Assembly: GCA_020429915.1 (NCBI GenBank)
Contig: JAGQKV010000019.1
Location: forward strand, 17,282-81,281
Reading direction: 5' to 3'
Source of the DNA: Candidatus Omnitrophota bacterium
GTDB lineage: Bacteria > Omnitrophota > Gorgyraeia > Zapsychrales > Zapsychraceae
Length of the DNA: 64,000 nucleotides
How positions within the stretch are numbered: the first letter of the stretch is position 1; each line of letters opens with the position of its first letter. Made by a program: the position numbers and the translations under genes. The notes under the pieces are model-generated. The model had not been told where the DNA came from. It did no database searches and saw only the letters and a program-made list of their open reading frames with translations. Below are positions 36,307-45,584 of this stretch, piece by piece.

Positions 36307-37440
36307 ATGCACGAGGGTCCTAAGATAATTTTTCTGGTCTGCGCCGGGCGCACCGGTTCCAGTTTTCTGCATACGTTGCTGGATTCGCATCCGGAGGTGT
36401 TAATGCTGCCGATGGAATTGTCTTTTTACCGGATGTGGGACCGGCTGGGCTGTGATCAGGTTAAGGACGCTGAGGAAATGGTCCGCCGCTGGACCGAGCA
36501 ATCGAAGCTGGCCAAATTGGCGGACAACGTCAATTACGGTATCGACGGCTCCACCAACGCGTATACGAGTTGTGATTTCCCGATCTTCCGGGACAGGTTT
36601 TTGTGTCTTCTGCGGGAGACTTCGCTCAGCCGCCGGGATGTCTTTTACGCGATCCACCGGGCGTATGCCGATGCCACCGGGGGGGATCTGTCCCGGTATC
36701 AGGTGATCATCGAGTTTTCCGCCATTTACATCGATATCGGCCGTGCCGTGGAGGACTTTCGGGAACCGCGGTTTATCCAGGTGGTGCGCGACCATCGGGC
36801 GACGTATGCCTCGATCAAACAGCATTTTTTGAACACGCGCCGCGGATTGTTCAACCTGCGGGGCAAGACACTGGAGCAAAAGTTGTCATTAATCCGGATC
36901 TTTAACAATTTTATCCGGACGATCAACAAACTGCGCGCGGGATTCGCCGCGCTCCCCGCTGATCATGTGCTGTACGTGAAACAGGAGGACTTGCATCTGA
37001 ATCTTGAGCCGACCATGCGGGAGGTCGCCGGGTGGTTGCAGATCGCATATGAGCCGTGCCTGCTGCACAGCACCCTGGCCGGTCATCCCTGGCAGGGCAA
37101 CAGCGCTTTCGGTAAGGCCGTCGCCGGAGCGACCCCGGAGGTGACCCGCCGCTGGATGACGACACTCAGTCCGCAGGAAATCCGGGTCATCGAGTATGTA
37201 TTCGGTGATGACATGGAGCGATTCGGTTACGCGTATTCCGCCGCTCGGCGGCCTTCGCGGTGGCAGGTTACGTGTGGAGGATTAATTCCTTTCCGCGGAG
37301 AGCTGGCCATCCTCGGCCGAAGCGCCAGACATATTGCCTTGGATATTATGAAGTGGCCGCTGCGCCTGGGGGCCTATCTGATGAGCCGGTTCTATCTGCT
37401 ACGGATCATCGCCGACGGAAAGAGGTTCGTGAATGGCTAA
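36307..37440 (+). CDS. Sulfotransferase-family protein (second copy)
   Basis: N-terminal P-loop-like FLVCAGRTGSSFL (5'-PSB) and VVRDHRATYAS (3'-PB RD.R) motifs; 377 aa. Confidence 0.6.
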   Translation: MHEGPKIIFLVCAGRTGSSFLHTLLDSHPEVLMLPMELSFYRMWDRLGCDQVKDAEEMVRRWTEQSKLAKLADNVNYGIDGSTNAYTSCDFPIFRDRFLCLLRETSLSRRDVFYAIHRAYADATGGDLSRYQVIIEFSAIYIDIGRAVEDFREPRFIQVVRDHRATYASIKQHFLNTRRGLFNLRGKTLEQKLSLIRIFNNFIRTINKLRAGFAALPADHVLYVKQEDLHLNLEPTMREVAGWLQIAYEPCLLHSTLAGHPWQGNSAFGKAVAGATPEVTRRWMTTLSPQEIRVIEYVFGDDMERFGYAYSAARRPSRWQVTCGGLIPFRGELAILGRSARHIALDIMKWPLRLGAYLMSRFYLLRIIADGKRFVNG

Positions 37441-38443
37441 GGTCCGCGTGGGTATTATCGGCTGCGGGAACATCGCGGGCCTGAATGAGAGTGACCCGTA
37501 CCGGCAGAAGCCCTGCACCCATGCTGGGGCATACAGCCGGCGGCAGGATGTTGAGATCGTCGGATGTTGTGACAGCGACGCCGGACGCGGCCGTGATTTC
37601 GCGCAGCGTTTCAGCATTCCCTGCGCGGTGACGAAGATCGGGCAGCTGCTGGACTTGCGGCCGGATGTCGTCAGTATCTGTGTTCCGTACCGCGCGCACC
37701 GCCGGATAGTGCAGCAGGTCGCGGGTCACCAAAACAGGCCCGCAAAGATCCTGCTGGAAAAGCCGATCGCGCACAGCGGCAAGGACGCTCAGGCGGTGGC
37801 GGATATCTGCCGGGAGAACGGCGTCCGGCTGTATGTCAACAACAGGAGGCTCTCGCCGTTTTACCGGAAGCTGCGCCGCATGGTCCGGGAAGATTTTCAT
37901 GACGAGGTGATCGCCGCCACCGCGTGGTGCTCGTCGGGCATGCACACGATCGGGATTCACATGGTGGACCTGCTGTGCAGTATCTGCGGGGAACCGTTGT
38001 GGGTAAGCGCCCAGAAGGAAGCGGCGCAAATCGAACGGCTGCCCTACAGCCACAACTTTACTCCGGACGATGACCGGTACCGGGCGGTCCTCGGTTACGC
38101 CAGAGACTTCGAGGCGGTCATCATTAATACGGCCCGCACCCGCTTCACGTATTTTGAGGTGGAGTTCTTGTTTCCCAACGGCCGGATCCGTGCCGTGGAT
38201 AATGGCCGGACGCTGATCGTACAGAAAATGGGAAGGCCGGGAAAATCAACCTTGTCGTACCGGCTGGCCGCGGAAAAACAGGTTGCCGTACAGGATAAAC
38301 CTTTATTTCAATTGGTCATCGACGAGGTCCTGACGGGGGATTACGACACATCCGCGGTAAGAGGAGAAGAAGCCCTGAAGAGTTACCGGGTGATCGAGGC
38401 CATGCGCCGGTCGGCGCGCACACAACGAAAGGTAAGTTTGTGA
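37433..38443 (+). CDS. Gfo/Idh/MocA-family oxidoreductase (second copy)
   Basis: VGIIGCGNIAG Rossmann motif, LLEKPIA motif; 336 aa. Confidence 0.8.
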   Translation: MAKVRVGIIGCGNIAGLNESDPYRQKPCTHAGAYSRRQDVEIVGCCDSDAGRGRDFAQRFSIPCAVTKIGQLLDLRPDVVSICVPYRAHRRIVQQVAGHQNRPAKILLEKPIAHSGKDAQAVADICRENGVRLYVNNRRLSPFYRKLRRMVREDFHDEVIAATAWCSSGMHTIGIHMVDLLCSICGEPLWVSAQKEAAQIERLPYSHNFTPDDDRYRAVLGYARDFEAVIINTARTRFTYFEVEFLFPNGRIRAVDNGRTLIVQKMGRPGKSTLSYRLAAEKQVAVQDKPLFQLVIDEVLTGDYDTSAVRGEEALKSYRVIEAMRRSARTQRKVSL

Positions 38444-39177
38444 ACGAAAAACCACTGCGCATCATAGCGGTGATCACCGCCCGGGGCGGATCCAAGGGAT
38501 TGCCCGGGAAAAACATCATAGATCTCGCCGGGAAACCGCTGCTGGCATATACCGTTGAGGCGGCCCTGCAGTCGCGTTACGTTGAGACGACGGTCGTCTC
38601 GACGGATGACGAAAAGATTCGCGAGGTCGCCCTGGCCGCCGGCGCCGAGGCACCTTTTTTGCGACCGGCCGAACTCGCCTCGGATACCGCGCATTCTCCG
38701 GATGTGGTGAGCCACGCGGTGGAATATTATGAGAAGCGGGACGGGAAAGACTACGACCTGACCGTCATGCTGCAACCGACGTCTCCGTTCCGGACCGGAC
38801 GGCATATCGACGAGGCGATCGAGAAGTTCCTGGAGGACCGCACGCTGGATTCTCTCATCTCTATTAAGAAACAGGATTATCCGCCCTGGTGGATGTTCAC
38901 CACGGAGGGAGCGCGGCTGCGGCCCGCGTTTCACTTTAAGGACGGGGTCAACGTGTTTAATCTGGAGCGCCAGGAATTCCCCACGGTTTACCGCCCGAAC
39001 GGCGCCATTTACGTTACCTGGAGAGAGTATTTAAAGAAGACCGGTTCGATTGTGAATCCGGAGAACAACGGTTATTACGTCATGAGCGAAGCGGATTCCA
39101 TCGACATCGATCTGAAAGCGGATCTGTACGCCGCCGAGTATGAAATGCAACTGCGCCTCGGGAACACGGTGACATGA
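38440..39177 (+). CDS. Acylneuraminate cytidylyltransferase (CMP-nonulosonate synthetase; NeuA/PseF/LegF-like)
   Basis: IAVITARGGSKGLPGKN signature; 245 aa; GTG start in a GTGA overlap. Confidence 0.85.
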   Translation: MNEKPLRIIAVITARGGSKGLPGKNIIDLAGKPLLAYTVEAALQSRYVETTVVSTDDEKIREVALAAGAEAPFLRPAELASDTAHSPDVVSHAVEYYEKRDGKDYDLTVMLQPTSPFRTGRHIDEAIEKFLEDRTLDSLISIKKQDYPPWWMFTTEGARLRPAFHFKDGVNVFNLERQEFPTVYRPNGAIYVTWREYLKKTGSIVNPENNGYYVMSEADSIDIDLKADLYAAEYEMQLRLGNTVT

Positions 39178-40130
39178 CATCAGGCTTAACCTTTGGGGAA
39201 GTCAGCAGCGCCGATCTTTGGAATGATTTGAACCGGCATGCACCGGCGGGAAATGTCTTCTTACGCTGGGATCTCCTGCAGGCGCTTCCGGTACGCGCCG
39301 TGTGTCACGGATGTTTCGAGGAAGGCCGGTTGATCGCCGGGTGTCCTTTTTTTTACAACCGGGACGACGGAAGTCCAGAGGGCATCAATCCGTTTATGAT
39401 GTATCAGGGATTGATCATCCGTGATGCTGAGTCCGGTACGCATCATCACGCGATCACGCGGAATTTCGAGATCCTGACGGAATTTCTGCCGTACCTCGCG
39501 GGATTTCGGCCAGTCGCGGGTATGCAGTCCTGGCGGCACAGAGATATGCGCCCATTTCTCTGGCACAATTACCATGCGCCTGAGAAGGGGATGTTTGTGG
39601 TCAAACCGAAATACACCGCGGTGATAGATTTGACGGAGTATGCGTCTTTCGGGGACTATGTGGCATCGACGCGGAGCATACGCCAACGGGAGCTGAAAAA
39701 GGCGCGCGCGATCCGGATCAAGAACAGCGCCGATGTTCAGGCGCTGGTAACGCTGCACGACTTGACTTACGGCCGGCAGGGGAAGGACGTTGCCGATCCC
39801 TTGGACTTCCGGCGCGCCGTCGTCACCGATGCGCTGGAGAAGGGGTACGGCGCGTTGTGGGAGGCGAATACGGAAGCGGGAGAGCGGGTGTCCATGATTT
39901 TCACGTTAGCGGATGAACAAAGCGCTTATTACTTGTTTGGGGCCAACCATCCCGATTACCGGTCGACCGGGGGATCGACCAAACTGATGTTCGCCTGTAT
40001 CGAACAGGCCATGGAACAGGGTTTGGCGGCCTTTGATTTCTGCGGCGTTAATTCGCCCAACCGGGGAGACTATAAAATCAGTTTTAATGCGCAACTCAAA
40101 GAATATTGCACGTTCCGATTGGATGGATGA
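39174..40130 (+). CDS. GNAT-fold acyltransferase, FemAB/CelD-like
   Basis: 318 aa; the C-terminal acyl-CoA N-acyltransferase-like region resembles FemAB/BioF2-like families. Confidence 0.5.
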   Translation: MTSGLTFGEVSSADLWNDLNRHAPAGNVFLRWDLLQALPVRAVCHGCFEEGRLIAGCPFFYNRDDGSPEGINPFMMYQGLIIRDAESGTHHHAITRNFEILTEFLPYLAGFRPVAGMQSWRHRDMRPFLWHNYHAPEKGMFVVKPKYTAVIDLTEYASFGDYVASTRSIRQRELKKARAIRIKNSADVQALVTLHDLTYGRQGKDVADPLDFRRAVVTDALEKGYGALWEANTEAGERVSMIFTLADEQSAYYLFGANHPDYRSTGGSTKLMFACIEQAMEQGLAAFDFCGVNSPNRGDYKISFNAQLKEYCTFRLDG

Positions 40131-42250
40131 GCATGCTGTCGCTAAATATAGTTAGAGACAAATCCGGAATCCGGCCGGTCTCGACGGTGATCGTGGACCG
40201 TGTGGGCTGGCGGATGTGGGCGTATTTGATGTCGGGCCGGCGTTTGTCCGGGACACGGCGGCTGCTGGTGATGCCGTGTGCCTCGGCCTGGACATCCTGG
40301 CGCGGCCCGTCGACCGGGGGGGCAACCGGCCGGTCCTGGACGGAAAGGGCCGCGCTGGCCATGCTTCGCCGCCGTTATCCGGATGTGACGGTAGAGCGGC
40401 TGGGGGCCCGGGATTATCGCAGCGTGCTGACCGAAGCCGGTGTGTTGGCCGCTTCTTTGGCGGACACGCTGGTGGATCAATGTGACCATACGGGAACCCG
40501 CTATATGGCCATGTACAAGGGCCTCTTAGGCGGCAGCGACGATGTTCTGATCGCGATCAAGAAATTGATCTGCGCGGATCTGGAGGATTTGATTTGTTCG
40601 CTGCTGTTGGCGGCGAAGTTCGATCCGCGGGACAGCGTAGTGCTCATCGATTCCGCCAGAAATGCCAGTTTGATCGAGACACTGATCGATCAGGGGGGCA
40701 TCCGCAAACAAGCCGATGGTCAGGATTGCCGGTTCCAGGGCTCTCCGGCAAACCGGCAGGCGCAGGCGGCCGGCGCGGCCGCGGTGAATACCTTGTTGTT
40801 GTGGGGCATGATACTCAGGACACTGGTCACGCGGTGCCGATTCACCGCCCCCGCAAATATTATTCGTGCCAAAGTGGCTTGCCGGAATCTGTATAAAACC
40901 GAACGCCGCCGTCCCGGGGATACCCATTGCCTCAACTGGGGTGATATGGCCTTTCTGTTGGACGAGACTCATTTTACGGTGGACGACTTTGTGGTGTTGG
41001 CCAGCAACCGGCCGCCGGATACAAAAATCCGTCACGCGGACTCCTATCGGCAGTCCGATCTGCGGGTCTACGACATTCGCAAGGCTCGTCTGCCGTTGAA
41101 TCGGGCCGCCAAACGATTGGCCTCCCAAGGGATCACGGGAATGCGGCTGATATGCTCCGACCATCCCGGGGCCGTGGCCCGGATCGCCTGCGGCTATCTG
41201 CCGTTTTTCCTGGCGGAATACAATAAATGGCTGGCCATTTGCGCGAATGTCCGCTTCACGGCGTATTTGGACATCAACGAACATTCGTATGCGCATATCA
41301 TTCAAAAGATGGCCTTGTCCGAATGCGGCGCACACATTGTTTATTTGCCGCACGGGTATATGGAGCGGATCGGGCCGCAAAAATCTTTTATGTCCTACGC
41401 CTTGATGCTGTCTCCCGGGGAACATCTGGTGCGGGCGTTCGGCCAGTATTGGCCCGGCGACATGGCGGTTGAGATCGTGGGCAACATGAAGAATGAAGCG
41501 GTGGGAGCCGGGGAAGGCGAGCTGGCCGACCAGGGACTTCAAAAGCTGTTCACCGAGGCCCGTCGCGACGGGGGACGCGTGATTACGGCCGTTTTCGGAT
41601 CTTGTCTGGAAGATGAACTGCTCATGGACCGTTATGAACGTATGCTGGACTTTTTGGCTGAAGTCATGGAGGAAAATCCCGGTGTACAGGCCTTTGTCAA
41701 GTTCAAGACACCGCGCCAGACGGAGAAGTTCCGGAGAAAGCGGATGTTTGATCTGCTGGAAGGGCTGTTAAAAGGCGGCCGGGTGCATCTGGTGGACGGA
41801 GACCGTTACCAGGCAACGGTTCAGGCCATGGCCGTGCAATCGGATGCCGTCATCAGCGTCTCCGGCTACAATCAATCGGTCAGCACGGCGTGGGTGGAAT
41901 CCATGTTGCTGGGAAAACCGTCTTTGGCCTTTAACCCGGAGGCAAGCTGCGGTGAGACGCCTCTGTTGGATGATTATTACGATCAGTATATCTTTCGCTC
42001 GGAGGCGAAACTGAAGGCGGCTTTGGACCGCGTTCTCAACGGACACGCGGGAGACGGGAGTGTCAGCCCTATGGCGAAGCGGGATTTTGATCCCTTCTGT
42101 GACGGCGGCACCATGAACCGGATTCGACGGGCCTTATACGCTTTCGCGGAGAACCCGGGGCAATACAGTTGTGGGATTCCTTCGGTCGGCGCAATACGTG
42201 CGGCGGCCGGGGATAAATATTGCCGCCAGGAAGGAATATGTGCCTCATGA
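40127..42250 (+). CDS. Large putative glycan-modifying transferase (uncharacterised) whose 5' region shows a reading-frame discontinuity at a G7 tract
   Basis: ~707-aa ORF. Between ~40214 and 40322 the annotated frame has an out-of-frame composition (R/S/W/T-rich; codon position-1 GC ~50%, position-2 ~75%). The +2 frame has a coding-like signature (position-1 GC 89%, position-2 53%; ..VGVFDVGPAFVRDTAAAGDAVCLGLDILARPVDRGG). That frame rejoins the main frame exactly at G7 (40316-40322). The C-terminal 550 aa are coding-like. Confidence 0.5.
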   Translation: MSMLSLNIVRDKSGIRPVSTVIVDRVGWRMWAYLMSGRRLSGTRRLLVMPCASAWTSWRGPSTGGATGRSWTERAALAMLRRRYPDVTVERLGARDYRSVLTEAGVLAASLADTLVDQCDHTGTRYMAMYKGLLGGSDDVLIAIKKLICADLEDLICSLLLAAKFDPRDSVVLIDSARNASLIETLIDQGGIRKQADGQDCRFQGSPANRQAQAAGAAAVNTLLLWGMILRTLVTRCRFTAPANIIRAKVACRNLYKTERRRPGDTHCLNWGDMAFLLDETHFTVDDFVVLASNRPPDTKIRHADSYRQSDLRVYDIRKARLPLNRAAKRLASQGITGMRLICSDHPGAVARIACGYLPFFLAEYNKWLAICANVRFTAYLDINEHSYAHIIQKMALSECGAHIVYLPHGYMERIGPQKSFMSYALMLSPGEHLVRAFGQYWPGDMAVEIVGNMKNEAVGAGEGELADQGLQKLFTEARRDGGRVITAVFGSCLEDELLMDRYERMLDFLAEVMEENPGVQAFVKFKTPRQTEKFRRKRMFDLLEGLLKGGRVHLVDGDRYQATVQAMAVQSDAVISVSGYNQSVSTAWVESMLLGKPSLAFNPEASCGETPLLDDYYDQYIFRSEAKLKAALDRVLNGHAGDGSVSPMAKRDFDPFCDGGTMNRIRRALYAFAENPGQYSCGIPSVGAIRAAAGDKYCRQEGICAS
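40316..40322 (+). repeat. Homopolymeric G7 tract at a frame-switch point, candidate phase-variation site
   Basis: Seven consecutive G; G6 or G9 would place the upstream coding-like frame in register with the downstream ORF. Confidence 0.7.
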
Positions 42251-42274
42251 AGCCCAAAGTAAGTGTGTTATGTA

Positions 42275-42324
42275 TTGACCGCGCGGGCGCAGGCATTATA
42301 ATCAAAAATGTTCAATTGTTGAAC
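42275..42324 (+). promoter_or_regulatory. Consensus sigma70 promoter (TTGACC-N16-TATAAT) followed by the inverted repeat GTTCAA-ttg-TTGAAC (candidate operator)
   Basis: TTGACC at 42275-42280, TATAAT at 42297-42302, palindrome at 42310-42324. ~240 nt upstream of the radical SAM gene, in a local low-GC gap. Confidence 0.45.
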
Positions 42325-42561
42325 GCAGAAGTGTCTCGAGGAGGGTCAGCTTATGCTGATCCTTGCGATTTTAATCCGGAGCAGCAGCCGCTTCGCCGCA
42401 GTTTGCGGCGTTCCGGTTTCAGTAGAATCATTAAATTATTCGGATCTCGTTTTGGGAAAGTGGACACGGGTGAGTTAGATCCTGATGCCAAGGTAAAATT
42501 CGGAGATGGGAATAGACGCATGCTCATCGCAACGTAATCGAATGCCAACAAAGGAGAAATC

Positions 42562-43683
42562 ATGGGAACACTGCCTTTGCAGAAATCAAAAATAGATCTG
42601 GGCGGCAACGACAAATTTCGCGAGTACGGCCGGCAGCGGCAGATAAAACACTTCGAGACCGAAGAGTTTTTGGAGTACCGGCGCCAGTGGTTTGAGTGCC
42701 CGGAAAAGATGATTGTGCCGGAATATCCGCTTAACCTCGACATACATGTCACCAACCGTTGCAATCTGCGTTGTCCGTTCTGTCCGCGGACATGGAAGGA
42801 TTTAGGCGGCCATTATGATGAATACGGGCTTATGAGCATGGAGCTCTACAAGCGGATCATCGATGAAGGCGTCCCTCACGGGATTAAGGCGATTCAGCTC
42901 ACCGCCGACGGCGAGCCGCTTTTGCACCCCAAGCTTGAGGAAATGATCGCCTATGCCCGTGAAGCGGGAGTCATTGATATCATTGTCCATACCAGTGCCG
43001 CTTCTCTGACCGAAAAACGTTCCCGAAAGCTTTTGGACGCGGGATTTCACCGGTTGGCGATTTCCTTCGATTCACCGGATAAAGAGACCTACGAAAAGCT
43101 GAGGGTGGGCGCCAAGTTCGAAAAGACATTGGAGAACATCAAGACGTTCGTGCGGCTGCGCGATGAGGGGGGGTATGAACTGCCGACGGTCCGTGTTCAA
43201 ATGGTCGATCAGAAGATTAATATGCATCAACGGGACGATTTCGATAAATTGTTCATGGATATCGCCGATACCGTCGGCCACATCTATTACATCGATTACT
43301 TCGGCGGCCCGCAGACGTATTTGGATACCAGTAAGCTCGGTGTGAATGATTTTAAGGTAGGCAAGAGCAAACTGAAGCAGGACTTTAAATGTTCCTATTT
43401 GTGGCAGCGCCTGATCATCCAGTGGGACGGGGAGGTGTTTCCGTGTTTTTACGGCGACACGTTGCTGGATAAGGGAAAAGGCAAGGACCTGTTGCTGGGT
43501 AACGCCAATGACATCAGCATTCACGACATTTGGCACGGGCAGGCCATGAAGCAACTGCGCCAGCTGCATTCCGCGGGCAAGTTTACCTGCAATAAGACCT
43601 GCAAGGACTGCGGCCGTCAATACGACACCTACGAGGATGAACTTCCCAAAGACGACTGGAACGGCATCGGCGGCGTGGGTTAA
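42562..43683 (+). CDS. Radical SAM enzyme with C-terminal SPASM/twitch-type Cys-rich domain
   Basis: CxxxCxxC cluster motif NRCNLRCPFCP. The C-terminal cysteines (CSYLW...CFYG...CNKTCKDC) are typical of SPASM auxiliary-cluster domains. RBS AAAGGAG. Confidence 0.8.
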   Translation: MGTLPLQKSKIDLGGNDKFREYGRQRQIKHFETEEFLEYRRQWFECPEKMIVPEYPLNLDIHVTNRCNLRCPFCPRTWKDLGGHYDEYGLMSMELYKRIIDEGVPHGIKAIQLTADGEPLLHPKLEEMIAYAREAGVIDIIVHTSAASLTEKRSRKLLDAGFHRLAISFDSPDKETYEKLRVGAKFEKTLENIKTFVRLRDEGGYELPTVRVQMVDQKINMHQRDDFDKLFMDIADTVGHIYYIDYFGGPQTYLDTSKLGVNDFKVGKSKLKQDFKCSYLWQRLIIQWDGEVFPCFYGDTLLDKGKGKDLLLGNANDISIHDIWHGQAMKQLRQLHSAGKFTCNKTCKDCGRQYDTYEDELPKDDWNGIGGVG

Positions 43684-43697
43684 GAACAGGACAGGAT

Positions 43698-45584
43698 ATG
43701 TGCGGGATAGCGGGGATTCTCAATCAAGACGGACGGGGCGTAGATGGCGACGGGCTGAGGTCCATGGTTGCGTCCCTCAGTCACCGCGGTCCGGATGACG
43801 AAGGGCTGTACACCGACGGAAGTCTCGGGCTCGTTCACCGGCGTCTGTCGATCTTTGACTTGAGTCCCATGGGCGCCCAACCTATGGAAAGCCGGGACGG
43901 ACGTTATGTGATTGTGCACAACGGGGAAGTGTACAACTGGAAGGAGGTACGGCTCGGCCTCCGGTTCGACCGGTGGAAATCGCAAACGGATACCGAGACC
44001 ATCCTGTACGCCTTTATTGAACACGGAGAGAAATGCCTTCAGCTGTTCAACGGCATGTTTGCCTTCGGGATATGGGACAGGACCGAACGCAGGCTCTTTT
44101 TGGCCAGGGACCGGGTCGGCATCAAGCCGTTGTTCTACGGCATCCAGGACGGGCGCTTTTATTTCGCTTCCGAGATTAAGGCTTTGTTCGCGGGGGGATT
44201 CGCTCGCGAAGTCAATCCGGCCGCGATTTATGATTTCCTCCGCTGGGGCGCCATTGATCATCACCCCCAAACATTCTTTAAGAATATCCGTTCAGTCGAA
44301 CCCGGACACTGTTTAACCGTCGGTACGGATCTTGCGATCAGAGAACGCTGCTACTGGTCGCTGCCGGAGGCCGTTCAGGATGCCGGACAGCGCGACGAGC
44401 CGGACATTATCGAAGAATATATCGGATTGCTGCAGGATTCCATTCGCCTGCGTCTGCGGTCCGATGTCGAAGTCGGTTTGTTTTTGAGCGGAGGCGTGGA
44501 CAGTTCCATATTGGCTGCCCGTATGGCGGCGGAGAATCCCGCGAGCCTTCCCCGGTCGTTCACCTATGAATTCGCCTCTTCCGGCGAAGGAGAGGGAGCG
44601 TACGCGGAAGAAGTGGCGCGGCATTTGGGCCTGAACAATACCGTCGTGGCATTGTCCGAGCGTGAGATCCCGGATTATTTTACCAAGGCGATTTATCATC
44701 AGGAGCAACCTGTTACCTCCATCCGCTGCCTGGCGTCGCAAAAGTTATACGAGCAGGTGCGCGTCTCTTCACTCAAAGTGATTCTGGAAGGCCACGGCGG
44801 AGATCAGCTCGGAGGAGGATTCGAATACTATTTTCTGCCCGCGGTGCTGGATACGGCGGCCCAGCAGGGACCCGCGGCTGCCATTGAATTATTGGACCGG
44901 TTCATGCAACTGTACGGTGTCTCCGAGGATGCGCGTTACCGTAAACTGTCCAACGCCCTGCTCGCCGCAAAGTATCCGGGCATCGCCACGCAGGACGGCA
45001 TTTCATTTGTGAAACCGGAGCTGCTTCACCCGGACTTTATTGAGTCTTTCGATCGTAAGCGCGTGGCGTATGGCAGGCCGTTTGTCGAGGAGCTCCTCAA
45101 CGCCCAGTATATTGACTTTCGTCATCACAATCTGCCCCGCGTCCTGCGCTACACCGACAGGGAGTCCATGGCTTCGGGTGTGGAGGCGCGGGTGCCGCTT
45201 CTCGACCACCGTATCGTTGAGCTATGCTTCTCATCAACGCTGAAGGCGCGGGTTAAAGACGGCCAACAACGTTATTTTATGCGCCGGGCGGCGGAACGCC
45301 TGCTGCCGGAAGAAATGTTGAACCGGCCGAAACGCAGTATCGTTGATCCGCAGCGGCAATGGTTACAGAGAGACTTGCGGCCGTGGATCGAAGATCTTTT
45401 TCGATCGGCCAGCTTTGCCGGGCGGGGCATTTTCGATGTGCCTAAAGTGATCGCGGAATACGAACGTTATTGCGCCGATCCCCAACCGGTCACCGGGTTT
45501 CATATTTTTCAGTACGTTAATATCGAGATGTGGTTCCGCACGATGGTCGACAATCTCTCTGAGAAAGTGGTGTGTACCCAATGA
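43698..45584 (+). CDS. Asparagine synthase (glutamine-hydrolysing)-family amidotransferase, PseA-like
   Basis: N-terminal MCGIAGIL with the Cys2 nucleophile of Ntn amidotransferases; AsnB-type synthetase domain (SGGVDSS PP-loop); 628 aa. Confidence 0.85.
   Translation: MCGIAGILNQDGRGVDGDGLRSMVASLSHRGPDDEGLYTDGSLGLVHRRLSIFDLSPMGAQPMESRDGRYVIVHNGEVYNWKEVRLGLRFDRWKSQTDTETILYAFIEHGEKCLQLFNGMFAFGIWDRTERRLFLARDRVGIKPLFYGIQDGRFYFASEIKALFAGGFAREVNPAAIYDFLRWGAIDHHPQTFFKNIRSVEPGHCLTVGTDLAIRERCYWSLPEAVQDAGQRDEPDIIEEYIGLLQDSIRLRLRSDVEVGLFLSGGVDSSILAARMAAENPASLPRSFTYEFASSGEGEGAYAEEVARHLGLNNTVVALSEREIPDYFTKAIYHQEQPVTSIRCLASQKLYEQVRVSSLKVILEGHGGDQLGGGFEYYFLPAVLDTAAQQGPAAAIELLDRFMQLYGVSEDARYRKLSNALLAAKYPGIATQDGISFVKPELLHPDFIESFDRKRVAYGRPFVEELLNAQYIDFRHHNLPRVLRYTDRESMASGVEARVPLLDHRIVELCFSSTLKARVKDGQQRYFMRRAAERLLPEEMLNRPKRSIVDPQRQWLQRDLRPWIEDLFRSASFAGRGIFDVPKVIAEYERYCADPQPVTGFHIFQYVNIEMWFRTMVDNLSEKVVCTQ

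Noticed and set aside
42220-42537. 105-aa track ORF upstream of the radical SAM gene as a possible precursor peptide
   Set aside because: Its start lies upstream of, and spans, the consensus promoter at 42275-42302, so it cannot be expressed from it. Only the shorter 39-codon ORF at 42353-42472, in another frame, is positioned plausibly, and even that is speculative.
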